A DNA stretch of 32,000 nucleotides from Corynebacterium amycolatum (GTDB taxonomy: Bacteria > Actinomycetota > Actinomycetes > Mycobacteriales > Mycobacteriaceae), in assembly GCF_049243625.1 (NCBI RefSeq), contig NZ_CP046975.1; one strand, given 5' to 3'. How positions within the stretch are numbered: the first letter of the stretch is position 1; the number at the start of each line of letters is the position of its first letter. Position numbers and translations under genes: made by a program. Of this stretch, positions 1 through 8,383 are shown one piece after another. The notes beneath the pieces were generated by a model. That model saw only the letters and a list, made by a program, of their open reading frames with translations, did no database searches and had not been told where the DNA came from.

Positions 1-1
1 C

Positions 2-790
2 GCATGGCGTGCCGCCTGGGATCACGAGCGTCCGTGTGTGGCAATCATCAAGCACGCTAACCCGTGCGGCATCGCAGTCTCGGATGAGTCCATCGCCGCA
101 GCTCACCGCGCAGCTCACGCATGTGACTCGATGTCCGCATTCGGCGGTGTCATCGCCGTCAACCGCGAGGTCTCCGTTGAGATGGCCGAACAGGTCAAGG
201 ACATCTTCACCGAGGTCATCGTCGCTCCGTCCTACGAAGACGGTGCCGTTGAGGTACTGAAGGCCAAGAAGAATCTGCGTATTCTCGTCGCCGAGTACGA
301 AGCACCGACCACCGAGAACAAGTTCATCTCGGGTGGTCTGCTTACCCAGGATCCGGATACTTACCAGGCAGAGGGAGATAAGCCGGAGAACTGGGAGCTG
401 GCCACCGGCGAGGCATTGAATGCTGAAGAGCTGGCTGAGCTCGAGTTTGCATGGCGCTCCGTCCGCGCTGTGAAGTCCAACGCCATCCTGCTGTCCAAGA
501 ACAACGCCACCGTCGGCGTCGGCATGGGCCAGGTCAACCGCGTGGACTCCGCAAAGCTCGCCGTTGAGCGCGCAAATACGCTTGCCGACGGAGAAAACCG
601 TACCCAGGGGGCCTACGCTGCGTCCGATGCCTTCTTCCCGTTCGCTGACGGTCTGCAGGTCCTGATTGATGCCGGTGTGAAGGCAGTTGTCCAGCCAGGT
701 GGCTCCATCCGTGACGAAGAGGTCATCGCTGCTGCCAAGGAAGCTGGCATCACTATGTACATGACAGGTACTCGCCACTTCTTCCACTAA
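2..790 (+). CDS. purH: Bifunctional AICAR transformylase / IMP cyclohydrolase PurH, C-terminal part (5' end lies outside the window)
   Basis: The frame is open to the window edge (…[18 protein letters not shown]…). The KHxNPCG motif and the C-terminal …[13 protein letters not shown] are typical of PurH. The M at 38 in the ORF track is an internal GTG/Val codon. Confidence 0.9.
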   Translation, partial: AWRAAWDHERPCVAIIKHANPCGIAVSDESIAAAHRAAHACDSMSAFGGVIAVNREVSVEMAEQVKDIFTEVIVAPSYEDGAVEVLKAKKNLRILVAEYEAPTTENKFISGGLLTQDPDTYQAEGDKPENWELATGEALNAEELAELEFAWRSVRAVKSNAILLSKNNATVGVGMGQVNRVDSAKLAVERANTLADGENRTQGAYAASDAFFPFADGLQVLIDAGVKAVVQPGGSIRDEEVIAAAKEAGITMYMTGTRHFFH

Positions 791-811
791 TTCCTTGCTG
801 GATTAGGGGCT

Positions 812-850
812 AACCGCCGCGGTGCTAACTATCACCTCGGCGGTTTTTCT
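812..850 (+). terminator. Rho-independent terminator after purH
   Basis: Stem aaccgccg (812-819) pairs with cggcggtt (838-845), followed by a T-run (844-848), about 20 nt after the purH stop. Confidence 0.6.
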
Positions 851-977
851 CTACCCGGACGTGTGGGGACCTGTGGGCGAGGATGTGTGTCTGTTGTCGA
901 GCCGTGGTCTATGTGAACACACGCTGAGGGCGGGCGCTGGTGGTAATTATGCAGACGAAATGGCTCCAATGCGTTTA

Positions 978-993
978 ACATAAGGGCTTATGT
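978..993. promoter_or_regulatory. 7-2-7 perfect palindrome ACATAAG-GG-CTTATGT overlapping the TetR start codon (candidate autoregulatory operator)
   Basis: Read directly: acataag (978-984), gg, cttatgt (987-993). The ATG at 990 lies inside the right arm. It is flanked by TTAAC (975-979) and GTCAC (992-996), half-sites that recur upstream of the carboxylase operon. Confidence 0.35.
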
Positions 994-1583
994 CACGTAG
1001 AACCGAAGCGCGACGGCGTCGAGAAGCAGAGATTCTCTCCGCTGCTGCTGCGATCCTGGCCGACCGAGGGTTTCATCAGACTCGGTTGGAGGATGTTGGC
1101 TCCGCTGTTGGCATTTCTGGCCCAGCTCTTTACCGCTACTTCAGCGGCAAGGAAGAGCTGTTGGCGCAGATCCTCATCGATATTTCTATCCGACTTGTCG
1201 ATGGTGCGCGAGCAGTTCTCGATCGAGCAAAGAGCAATGATTGGGGTCCAGAGGAGACTCTTCGGGGCCTCCTTGCGCATCACGTGCATTTTGCAGTCAC
1301 GGAGCCCGATCGCATTCGTGTCCAAGAACGCGAAGGCGGAAATCTAGCGCCAGAGCAGAGCGCAAAAGTGCGTTCCTTGCAGCGTCTTTACATGGTCTTA
1401 TGGGTGGACGCTCTGCGTGAACTACAGCCCGAACTCACCTCCGACGAGGCGCAGCTTAAAGTCCAGCTCACCGCTGGGTTGATTAACTCTTCCAGACATG
1501 TGCTCAAATGGGCGGGTCCCGAGGCGACAAGGGATAATGCCTTTGAGATGGCCCTTGCTGCGCTGGGCATTAACAACCAATAA
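990..1583 (+). CDS. TetR/AcrR-family transcriptional regulator (positional equivalent of mycobacterial BkaR/Rv2506)
   Basis: 197 aa. The N-terminal HTH is typical of TetR (ILSAAAAILADRGFHQTRLEDVGSAVGISGPALYRYFSGKEELL). It sits directly upstream of the acyl-CoA carboxylase cluster. Confidence 0.85.
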   Translation: MSRRTEARRRREAEILSAAAAILADRGFHQTRLEDVGSAVGISGPALYRYFSGKEELLAQILIDISIRLVDGARAVLDRAKSNDWGPEETLRGLLAHHVHFAVTEPDRIRVQEREGGNLAPEQSAKVRSLQRLYMVLWVDALRELQPELTSDEAQLKVQLTAGLINSSRHVLKWAGPEATRDNAFEMALAALGINNQ

Positions 1584-1600
1584 TCCGTATTTATTCTTGT

Positions 1601-1650
1601 GCCGTCTGGCCTCACTGTGCTCAGCAGTGTGAGGTCAGGCGGTTTTATTG
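1601..1650 (+). terminator. Rho-independent terminator after the TetR gene
   Basis: A 15-bp stem pairs gccgtctggcctcac (1601-1615) with gtgaggtcaggcggt (1629-1643). It includes three G-U pairs and is followed by tttatt. Confidence 0.65.
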
Positions 1651-1822
1651 TGTGGAGCGGTCGGTCTTATCCAAGTGAATTTACCCCCGAAACAGATTTC
1701 TAGGACAAACTTAAATCTCTATTGGAAACATGTTGTGACCTCAGGGAGGGGTGTGTACTTCAAGCTGTCTGAAAGGCATCCGGGGGTAAAAGTATGACCT
1801 AGGAAACAAAACTTGTTGTGAA

Positions 1823-1880
1823 GTGACTGTGGTCACATTAACCTTTCCGTCAAGAAAGTTAATAGTCATTAACGGAAAGT
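1823..1880. promoter_or_regulatory. Cluster of palindromes and repeats in the 67 nt upstream of the carboxylase operon (candidate TetR operator/promoter)
   Basis: GTGAC-tgtg-GTCAC (1823-1836). CATTAAC occurs twice (1836-1842, 1867-1873). There is an inverted repeat CTTTCCGT (1843-1850) / ACGGAAAG (1872-1879). A possible -35 TTAACC (1838) and -10 TAATAG (1860) are also present. Confidence 0.4.
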
Positions 1881-1889
1881 ATTTCGCCC

Positions 1890-3470
1890 ATGACTCACGC
1901 CCCAGCATTGACCAACCGACAGCGCCACGAAGAGCTCGTCGCAGAGCTCAAAGAGTTGCTCAGCACGACAGCACGCGGTGGTTCCGAACGTGCCCGTGCT
2001 CGCCATATTTCCCGCGGTAAGCTGCTGCCACGTCAGCGCATCAACCAACTGCTTGACCCCGGCAGCCCTTTCCTTGAGGTCGCACCTCTAGCGGCCCACG
2101 AAATGTATGGCGGCAAGGTTCCGGCTGCTGGCGTCATCGCCGGCATTGGCATCATCGAAGGTCGTCGCTGCCTGGTTGTAGCCAATGACGCAACCGTTTC
2201 CGGCGGAACGTACTACCCGTTGACTGTCAAGAAGCACCTGCGCGCACAGGAGATTGCCAGCCTTAACCACTTGCCGTGCATTTACCTGGTCGACTCCGGC
2301 GGGGCCATGCTTCTCAACCAGGATGAAGTTTTCCCTGATCGCGATCATTTCGGTCGCATTTTCTACAACCAGGCCAACCTCTCCGCTCGCGGGATTCCGC
2401 AGATTGCCGCCGTGATGGGATCCTGTACCGCCGGGGGCGCATACGTGCCGGCGATGAGCGATGAAGCGGTCATTGTGAAAAACCAGGGCACCATCTTCCT
2501 GGCAGGCCCACCACTGGTTAAGGCTGCAACTGGTGAAGATGTCACACCAGAGGAACTCGGTGGCGGCGAACTGCACTCCAAGACCTCCGGCGTTACTGAC
2601 CATCTCGCAGTTAACGATGCCGACGCACTGCGTCGTGTCCGCGATATCGTCGCAACGCTCCCCAAGGACCCGGAAGTTCCGTGGGACACAGAGCCCACCG
2701 TCGCGCCGACTCGCAACCAGACCGATCTTTACGATGTCGTCCCCGTCGATGCCAAAGTGCCTTACGACGTTCACGAGGTCATTGAAATTATTGTGGATGG
2801 AGGCCAATACCAGGAGTTCAAGGCCGAATTTGGTACGACCCTGGTCACTACTTTTGCCCGCATTCACGGGCACCGCGTCGGCATTATCGCCAACAACGGC
2901 ATTCTCTTCGCGGAATCTGCACAGAAGGGCGCGCACTTCATCGAGCTGTGTGATCAGCGCGGCATCCCACTGGTATTCCTGCAGAACACCACGGGCTTCA
3001 TGGTTGGTCGCGAATACGAGGCCGGCGGTATCGCAAAGCACGGCGCCAAGATGGTCAACGCCGTGGCTACCACCCGCGTGCCCAAGTTCACCGTAGTCAT
3101 CGGCGGTGCCTTCGGCGCCGGCAACTACTCCATGTGCGGTCGCGCATATTCGCCGCGCTTCCTCTGGATGTGGCCGAATGCTCGCATTTCCGTCATGGGC
3201 GGTCCACAGGCGGCGATGACGCTGTCGACGGTTCGTCGCAACCAGATTGAACGCTCAGGTGAGAGCTGGTCGCAGGAAGACCAGGAGGAGTTTGAAGCTC
3301 CGATCCGCGAGCAGTTTGAGCGCCAGTCGCACTGCTATTACTCATCGGCTCGCCTGTGGGATGACGGTGTCATCGATCCCGCAGATACCCGCCGAATTCT
3401 TGGCATGGCCCTCGATGTGGCAAGTGGCGCGCCCCTGGATGAACAGGGCTTCGGCATCTTCCGCATGTAG
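1890..3470 (+). CDS. accD1: Acyl-CoA carboxylase carboxyltransferase (beta) subunit, methylcrotonyl-CoA carboxylase type
   Basis: 526 aa of the carboxyl-transferase family (…[14 protein letters not shown]…, …[27 protein letters not shown]…). It is followed by the biotin carboxylase subunit, as in Rv2502c/Rv2501c. Confidence 0.85.
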   Translation: MTHAPALTNRQRHEELVAELKELLSTTARGGSERARARHISRGKLLPRQRINQLLDPGSPFLEVAPLAAHEMYGGKVPAAGVIAGIGIIEGRRCLVVANDATVSGGTYYPLTVKKHLRAQEIASLNHLPCIYLVDSGGAMLLNQDEVFPDRDHFGRIFYNQANLSARGIPQIAAVMGSCTAGGAYVPAMSDEAVIVKNQGTIFLAGPPLVKAATGEDVTPEELGGGELHSKTSGVTDHLAVNDADALRRVRDIVATLPKDPEVPWDTEPTVAPTRNQTDLYDVVPVDAKVPYDVHEVIEIIVDGGQYQEFKAEFGTTLVTTFARIHGHRVGIIANNGILFAESAQKGAHFIELCDQRGIPLVFLQNTTGFMVGREYEAGGIAKHGAKMVNAVATTRVPKFTVVIGGAFGAGNYSMCGRAYSPRFLWMWPNARISVMGGPQAAMTLSTVRRNQIERSGESWSQEDQEEFEAPIREQFERQSHCYYSSARLWDDGVIDPADTRRILGMALDVASGAPLDEQGFGIFRM

Positions 3471-3524
3471 TAACCAGCTAAAAACTCTCGACACCGCATT
3501 TTCTGGAAAGGAAACACAGGGCAC

Positions 3525-5618
3525 ATGACAGCGCACAACACGCAGCCCCACGCAGCTGGCGGCAGCCTGAGTACCGTATTGGTCGCAAACCGCGGGGAGA
3601 TTGCCTGCCGCATTATTCGAACCCTTCGTGACAACGGAATTCGCTCCGTCGCGGTTTACTCGGATGCCGATGCCGACGCCCCTCACGTCCGCATGGCGGA
3701 TATGGCCATCCACATTGGCCCATCTCCGGCACGCGAGTCCTATCTGGTTATCGACAAGATTATCGATGCCGCTCGCCGCTGCGACGCAGACGGAATCCAC
3801 CCCGGTTACGGCTTTCTGTCTGAAAACGCAGACTTCGCGACCGCCTGTGAGGAAGCAGGTATTGAATTCATTGGCCCACCGGCCAGCGCCATCAACATCA
3901 TGGGTGACAAAATCTCCGCCCGCGCTGCCGTCGAAGCCCGCGATGTTCCCACCGTGCCGGGTCTTTCTCGCCCCGGGCTTAGCGACGAGGACCTCATTGA
4001 GGCAGCCCCATCGATTGGCTTTCCTGTACTGATTAAGCCGTCGGCAGGCGGTGGTGGCAAGGGGATGCACCGCGTGGAAAATGCTGCTGACCTGCCGGCG
4101 GCACTCGCAACAGCTCGTCGTGAAGCGGCGGGTGCCTTCGGCGATGACTCCCTGTTCATCGAGCACTTCGTCGACACCCCGCGGCATATCGAGGTGCAGA
4201 TTCTCGCAGATAAACACGGCAATGTAATCCACTTGGGCGAGCGTGAGTGCTCGCTGCAGCGACGCCATCAGAAGGTCATCGAGGAAGCGCCGAGCCCTCT
4301 GCTGGATGAGGAAACGCGCAGCGCAATTGGTGAAGCGGCCTGTGACGCGGCACGCTCGGTTGGCTACGTCGGCGCGGGCACGGTGGAGTTCATTGTGCCG
4401 GCGAAGGACCCGTCGTCGTTCTTCTTCATGGAGATGAATACGCGCCTGCAGGTTGAGCACCCCGTGACTGAGCAGGTCACCGGCCTGGATCTGGTGGCGC
4501 TGCAGGTTGACATTGCCTCGGGACGCCCACTGCCGGTTGCTCAGGAAGATGTAACTCTTACCGGTCACTCGATTGAAGCTCGCGTGTATGCCGAAGACCC
4601 GGCGGCGGGTTTCCTGCCCACCGGTGGCACGGTCACACGTGTCGTCGAGCCGAGCGGGGTGGGAATCCGGGTGGATTCCGGCATTGTCGACGGTTCCGAG
4701 GTCTCATCTCTCTATGATCCGATGTTGATGAAGATCATCTCCTACGGTGAAAACCGTGAGCAGGCGCTCGAGCGGCTGGACAAGGCGCTGGGGGACACCG
4801 TTGTCGCAGGTGTCGGAGTCAATATCGATTTTTGTCGCTATCTGCTGAACGTCCCCGAGGTTCGCGCCGGCGATCTTGACACCGGACTGCTCGACCGCGT
4901 GGCGGAAGGCTTCGCCACCACCGAAACGCCGGACGATGTGTACCTCGCCGCCGCGATGGACTGGCTGGCTTCTCGCTTTGAAGAGGCCACCGACTCACCG
5001 TGGCTCACCCCGGATGGCTGGCGTGCCAGTGCGCCTGCCGCGCAGCGCATTCGCTTCGGGGCAGGGGAGAACTCGCGTCTGATCTCGATTGTGGGCACCC
5101 CGTCGAGTACCGACGTCGTTGTCGGTGACGTAGTCGCAGGTCTGTCGGCCGAAGCGGAGAACGAAGATATCGACGTTCCAGAACCGCGAAATTACAAAGT
5201 TTCGGTCTATCGCGACGGGGAACATCTGCGCATCGTCCGCGACGGAGTTGCACAGCACTTCCTGGTCGAAACCATCGACAACGCTGGGTCAGCGAACCAC
5301 GAAGAATACGTCGTCGCCGGTGCCCACGGCACCTGGGTATTGCCCCGCACCGAGGTAGTCACCACCGGCGCCGAAGCCGATGCCGGTGGCTCAGGAGTTA
5401 TCCAAGCTCCGATGCCCGGCGCGATTATCGCGCTGGCGGTGGAGGAGGGAACCCGCGTCGAAGTTGGTGACGCTCTGTTGGTCATGGAGGCCATGAAGAT
5501 GGAGCACACTCTCACCGCCGAAATTGCAGGTGAGGTTAGCTTCACCGTCGCGCCGGGCGATCAGGTCACCGGTGACCAGCAGCTGGCCGTCATCACCGTA
5601 GCCGAAGCCGAGGAATAA
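3525..5618 (+). CDS. accA1: Acyl-CoA carboxylase alpha subunit (biotin carboxylase + biotin carboxyl carrier domain)
   Basis: 697 aa. It has an ATP-grasp biotin carboxylase (VLVANRGEIACRIIRT, KPSAGGGGKGM, EMNTRLQVEHPVTE) and a C-terminal biotinyl domain with the EAMKME attachment motif. Confidence 0.9.
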   Translation: MTAHNTQPHAAGGSLSTVLVANRGEIACRIIRTLRDNGIRSVAVYSDADADAPHVRMADMAIHIGPSPARESYLVIDKIIDAARRCDADGIHPGYGFLSENADFATACEEAGIEFIGPPASAINIMGDKISARAAVEARDVPTVPGLSRPGLSDEDLIEAAPSIGFPVLIKPSAGGGGKGMHRVENAADLPAALATARREAAGAFGDDSLFIEHFVDTPRHIEVQILADKHGNVIHLGERECSLQRRHQKVIEEAPSPLLDEETRSAIGEAACDAARSVGYVGAGTVEFIVPAKDPSSFFFMEMNTRLQVEHPVTEQVTGLDLVALQVDIASGRPLPVAQEDVTLTGHSIEARVYAEDPAAGFLPTGGTVTRVVEPSGVGIRVDSGIVDGSEVSSLYDPMLMKIISYGENREQALERLDKALGDTVVAGVGVNIDFCRYLLNVPEVRAGDLDTGLLDRVAEGFATTETPDDVYLAAAMDWLASRFEEATDSPWLTPDGWRASAPAAQRIRFGAGENSRLISIVGTPSSTDVVVGDVVAGLSAEAENEDIDVPEPRNYKVSVYRDGEHLRIVRDGVAQHFLVETIDNAGSANHEEYVVAGAHGTWVLPRTEVVTTGAEADAGGSGVIQAPMPGAIIALAVEEGTRVEVGDALLVMEAMKMEHTLTAEIAGEVSFTVAPGDQVTGDQQLAVITVAEAEE

Positions 5619-5680
5619 AAACCCACACAAAACGCACCAATCAGGTCCCACACCTACAAAATCTTTAAGGAGCACTCATC

Positions 5681-6850
5681 ATGTCCGAAAGCACCAAGAT
5701 TGCAACCGCCATCCTCGACGACGAATACGTGGAACTGCAGAAAGTAGTTCGCGAATTTGCCAATGAAGTTGTCGATCCGGTTTCTGCCGAGCATGACCGC
5801 AACCACACCTTCCCGTACGAGATTGTCTCGCAGATGGGAGAAATGGGCCTGTTCGGTCTGCCATTCCCCGAGGAAGTCGGTGGCATGGGCGGTGACTACC
5901 TGTCCTTCGGTATTGCTCTGGAGGAGCTAGCTAAAGTCGATCAGTCGGTCGCTATCACCCTGGAAGCGGGCGTTGGCCTAGGTGCCATGCCAATCTTCCA
6001 CTTCGGCAATGACAAGCAGAAGGAGACCTACCTGCCCGAGCTGACTGCTGGTAAGAAGCTGGCCGGTTTTGGTCTCACCGAGCCGGATGCAGGTTCCGAC
6101 GCCGGTGCCACCCGCACGACAGCCCGTGAAGACGGCGATGATTTCGTCATCAACGGTGCCAAGCAGTTCATCACCAACTCCGGTACCGACATCACTTCGC
6201 TGGTTACTGTCACCGCAGTCACCGGCCAGAAGGACGATGGAAAGAAGGAGATTTCTACCATCATCGTGCCGAGTGGCACGGAGGGCTTTGTCGCGGAACC
6301 GGCTTACGACAAGGTCGGTTGGAATGCCTCCGACACCCACCCACTGACCTTTACCGATGTCCGCGTCCCCCAGGAGAACCTGCTGGGCACCCGTGGTCGC
6401 GGCTTCGCTAACTTCCTGTCCATCTTGGCGGAGGGCCGAGTCGCGATTGCAGCTCTTGCCACTGGTGCTGCGCAGGGCTGTGTCGACGAGTCTGTTCGCC
6501 ACGCAAAGGAACGCCACTCCATGGGCCGAGCGATTGGTGAGTACCAGGCTGTTTCCTTCAAGATCGCACGAATGGAAGCGCGTGCGCATGCCGCACGTAT
6601 GGCGTGGTACGACGCAGCCGCAAAGATGGCCGCGGGCGCAGATTTCCGTCGTGAAGCGTACATCGCCAAGATGATTGCCTCCGAGGCCGCGATGGACAAC
6701 GCGCGCGACGCGACACAGATTTTCGGTGGCTACGGATTCATGAACGAGTACCGCGTGGCACGTCACTACCGCGACTCCAAGATTCTGGAGATTGGCGAGG
6801 GCACCACCGAAGTTCAGCTCATGCTGATCGCACGCGGATTGGGGCTGTAA
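5681..6850 (+). CDS. Acyl-CoA dehydrogenase (isovaleryl-CoA dehydrogenase-like, FadE19 position)
   Basis: 389 aa of the ACAD family (GFGLTEPDAGSDA…, …YRDSKILEIGEGTTEVQLMLIARGLGL). An AAGGAG RBS lies upstream. Confidence 0.85.
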   Translation: MSESTKIATAILDDEYVELQKVVREFANEVVDPVSAEHDRNHTFPYEIVSQMGEMGLFGLPFPEEVGGMGGDYLSFGIALEELAKVDQSVAITLEAGVGLGAMPIFHFGNDKQKETYLPELTAGKKLAGFGLTEPDAGSDAGATRTTAREDGDDFVINGAKQFITNSGTDITSLVTVTAVTGQKDDGKKEISTIIVPSGTEGFVAEPAYDKVGWNASDTHPLTFTDVRVPQENLLGTRGRGFANFLSILAEGRVAIAALATGAAQGCVDESVRHAKERHSMGRAIGEYQAVSFKIARMEARAHAARMAWYDAAAKMAAGADFRREAYIAKMIASEAAMDNARDATQIFGGYGFMNEYRVARHYRDSKILEIGEGTTEVQLMLIARGLGL

Positions 6851-6851
6851 A

Positions 6852-7394
6852 ATGGCTGACAACAACGTAACCGAAGTCACCCACGACGTCGTCCAGCGCG
6901 GACTGTGGTTCGAAGAGTACGAGGTCGGCGCGCGTTACCTGCACCGACCGGGGCGAACCGTCACTGAAACCGATGACGTCCTGTTCACGACGCTGACCAT
7001 GAACACCCAGCCACTGCACCTGGATGCGCACTGGTCGAGCCAGCAGCCGGGATTCGGCGGCGAGCGGCTGGTCAACTCCATGTGGACGCTGTCGACGGTT
7101 GTCGGGCTGTCCGTCGGGCAGCTGACGCTCGGCACCATCGTCGCCAACCTCGGCTTCACCGAAGTGGCGTTTCCCGCACCGATGTTCCACGGCGACACCC
7201 TGTATGCAGAGACCGTCTGTCGTAACAAGCGTCTGTCCAAGTCCCGCCCCAACCAGGGCATTGTCGAGCTCGAGCACATCGGACGCAATCAGGACGGCAC
7301 CGTCGTCTGCCGCGCCGTCCGGTCCACGCTCGTCCAATGCGCACCGACTTCGCTTGACGACGGCTCCGAGAACGCGGCTTCAGCGGGGAAGTGA
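6852..7394 (+). CDS. MaoC-like (R)-specific enoyl-CoA hydratase/dehydratase (Rv2499c position)
   Basis: 180 aa with a hot-dog fold pattern (…TETDDVLFTTLTMNTQPLHLD…). The ATG follows the upstream stop after 1 nt, suggesting coupled translation. Confidence 0.75.
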   Translation: MADNNVTEVTHDVVQRGLWFEEYEVGARYLHRPGRTVTETDDVLFTTLTMNTQPLHLDAHWSSQQPGFGGERLVNSMWTLSTVVGLSVGQLTLGTIVANLGFTEVAFPAPMFHGDTLYAETVCRNKRLSKSRPNQGIVELEHIGRNQDGTVVCRAVRSTLVQCAPTSLDDGSENAASAGK

Positions 7395-7401
7395 GTGGCT
7401 C

Positions 7402-8280
7402 ATGTCTACGCATAACTCCTGGCAGCCGCTGGGCCCTGCAATTCTGTTTGCGCCGGCAGACAGGCCGGAACGATTCGCTAAAGCTGCTGACCGTGCCGAC
7501 ATGGTGATTCTGGACCTGGAGGACGGCTGTCGCGCAGAAAACCGTGAGGCCGCCCGCGAGGCTATCGCCTCCTGTGACCTCGACCCGGCCCGCACGATTG
7601 TGCGTGTCAATCCACCGGAGGTTGAGGACTACGCAGCGGATATTGACATGCTGCGTGGCACCGCTTTCCGCCAGGTGATGCTGCCCAAGGCTTCATCGGC
7701 TCAGCAAGTGGATGAGTTGGTAGCGGCACTGGGGGAGAAGACCCAGGTCATTGCCCTTATTGAAACTCCGCTTGGGGTCATGCGCGCCGAAGAGCTGGCA
7801 CGGGCCGATGGTGTCGTTGCACTGTTCTGGGGCGCAGAGGACCTGGTGGCGGGATTGGCGGGAACGTCATCACGCTTTAGCGAAGCAGAGGCTGCACTCG
7901 TGCCGGGCCGTATCCATGCGGGTAGCTACCGCAGTGTGGCGGTACATACCCGCAGCCACGTTCACCTGGCTGCAGCGGCGCACGGTAAGGCCAGTCTGGA
8001 TTCCATCTACGTCAATATCTCCGACGCGAATGGGCTAGCTGCGGAGGCCGCAGATGCCGCTGCGTTGGGATTTGCCGCCACCGTCTGTATCCACCCCGGT
8101 CAGGTCCCGACAATCCGCCAGGCTTACCGCCCCAGCGACGAGGAGATTGACTGGGCGCGTCGGCTCTTGGCGGAAGCGGAAGAGAACACCGGCGCCTTCA
8201 GCTTTGGCGGCCAGATGGTGGATGCGCCGCTCTTCCGTCAAGCAGAAGCCATTGCTCGGCGAGCTGCCGTAACCGGTTAG
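7402..8280 (+). CDS. citE: CitE/HpcH-family beta-hydroxyacyl-CoA (HMG-CoA / citramalyl-CoA type) lyase
   Basis: The translation from ATG 7402 (MSTHNSWQPLGPAILFAPADRPERFAKAADRADMVILDLEDG…ALIETP…FWGAEDL) shows CitE-like signatures. The ORF-track start at 7204 would overlap the MaoC gene by 190 nt and was rejected. Confidence 0.8.
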   Translation: MSTHNSWQPLGPAILFAPADRPERFAKAADRADMVILDLEDGCRAENREAAREAIASCDLDPARTIVRVNPPEVEDYAADIDMLRGTAFRQVMLPKASSAQQVDELVAALGEKTQVIALIETPLGVMRAEELARADGVVALFWGAEDLVAGLAGTSSRFSEAEAALVPGRIHAGSYRSVAVHTRSHVHLAAAAHGKASLDSIYVNISDANGLAAEAADAAALGFAATVCIHPGQVPTIRQAYRPSDEEIDWARRLLAEAEENTGAFSFGGQMVDAPLFRQAEAIARRAAVTG

Positions 8281-8340
8281 TCCCACGGCCGGTAACGACC
8301 ACTGATTTATCCCCCTAAAGAACACATTTTCCTCTCACAC

Positions 8341-8359
8341 ACTCCGCACTCTGCGGAGT
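8341..8359. other. Perfect 8-bp stem / 3-nt loop palindrome ACTCCGCA-ctc-TGCGGAGT between citE and the acyl-CoA synthetase gene
   Basis: Read directly. No T-run follows it. It lies 10 nt upstream of the AAGGAGA RBS of the next gene. Confidence 0.5.
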
Positions 8360-8383
8360 CACTTAAACCAAGGAGAACTCCCC

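Noticed and set aside
3342-4568. Long antisense ORFs opposite annotated genes. Examples are 3342-4568(-), 2088-3041(-), 5978-6880(-), 9104-10048(-), 10146-11027(-), 11920-12837(-), 20766-21536(-), 21701-22885(-), 26105-26785(-), 18184-18933(+) and 14386-15000(+).
   Set aside because: They lie fully inside genes with strong family motifs on the other strand. Their translations are Arg/Gly/Ala/Val-rich low-information sequences typical of shadow ORFs in high-GC DNA. None has a recognisable motif or RBS.
7204-7401. Upstream extensions of ORF-track starts: citE at 7204, scoA at 10104, hypD at 15048, hypC at 15301, hypF at 19044, hypA at 18872 and the paralogue at 25658.
   Set aside because: Each extension overlaps the preceding or divergent gene and adds non-homologous residues. 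It also precedes an internal start that restores the canonical family N-terminus (for example MHE for HypA, MCLG for HypC, MKYVDEFRD for HypD).
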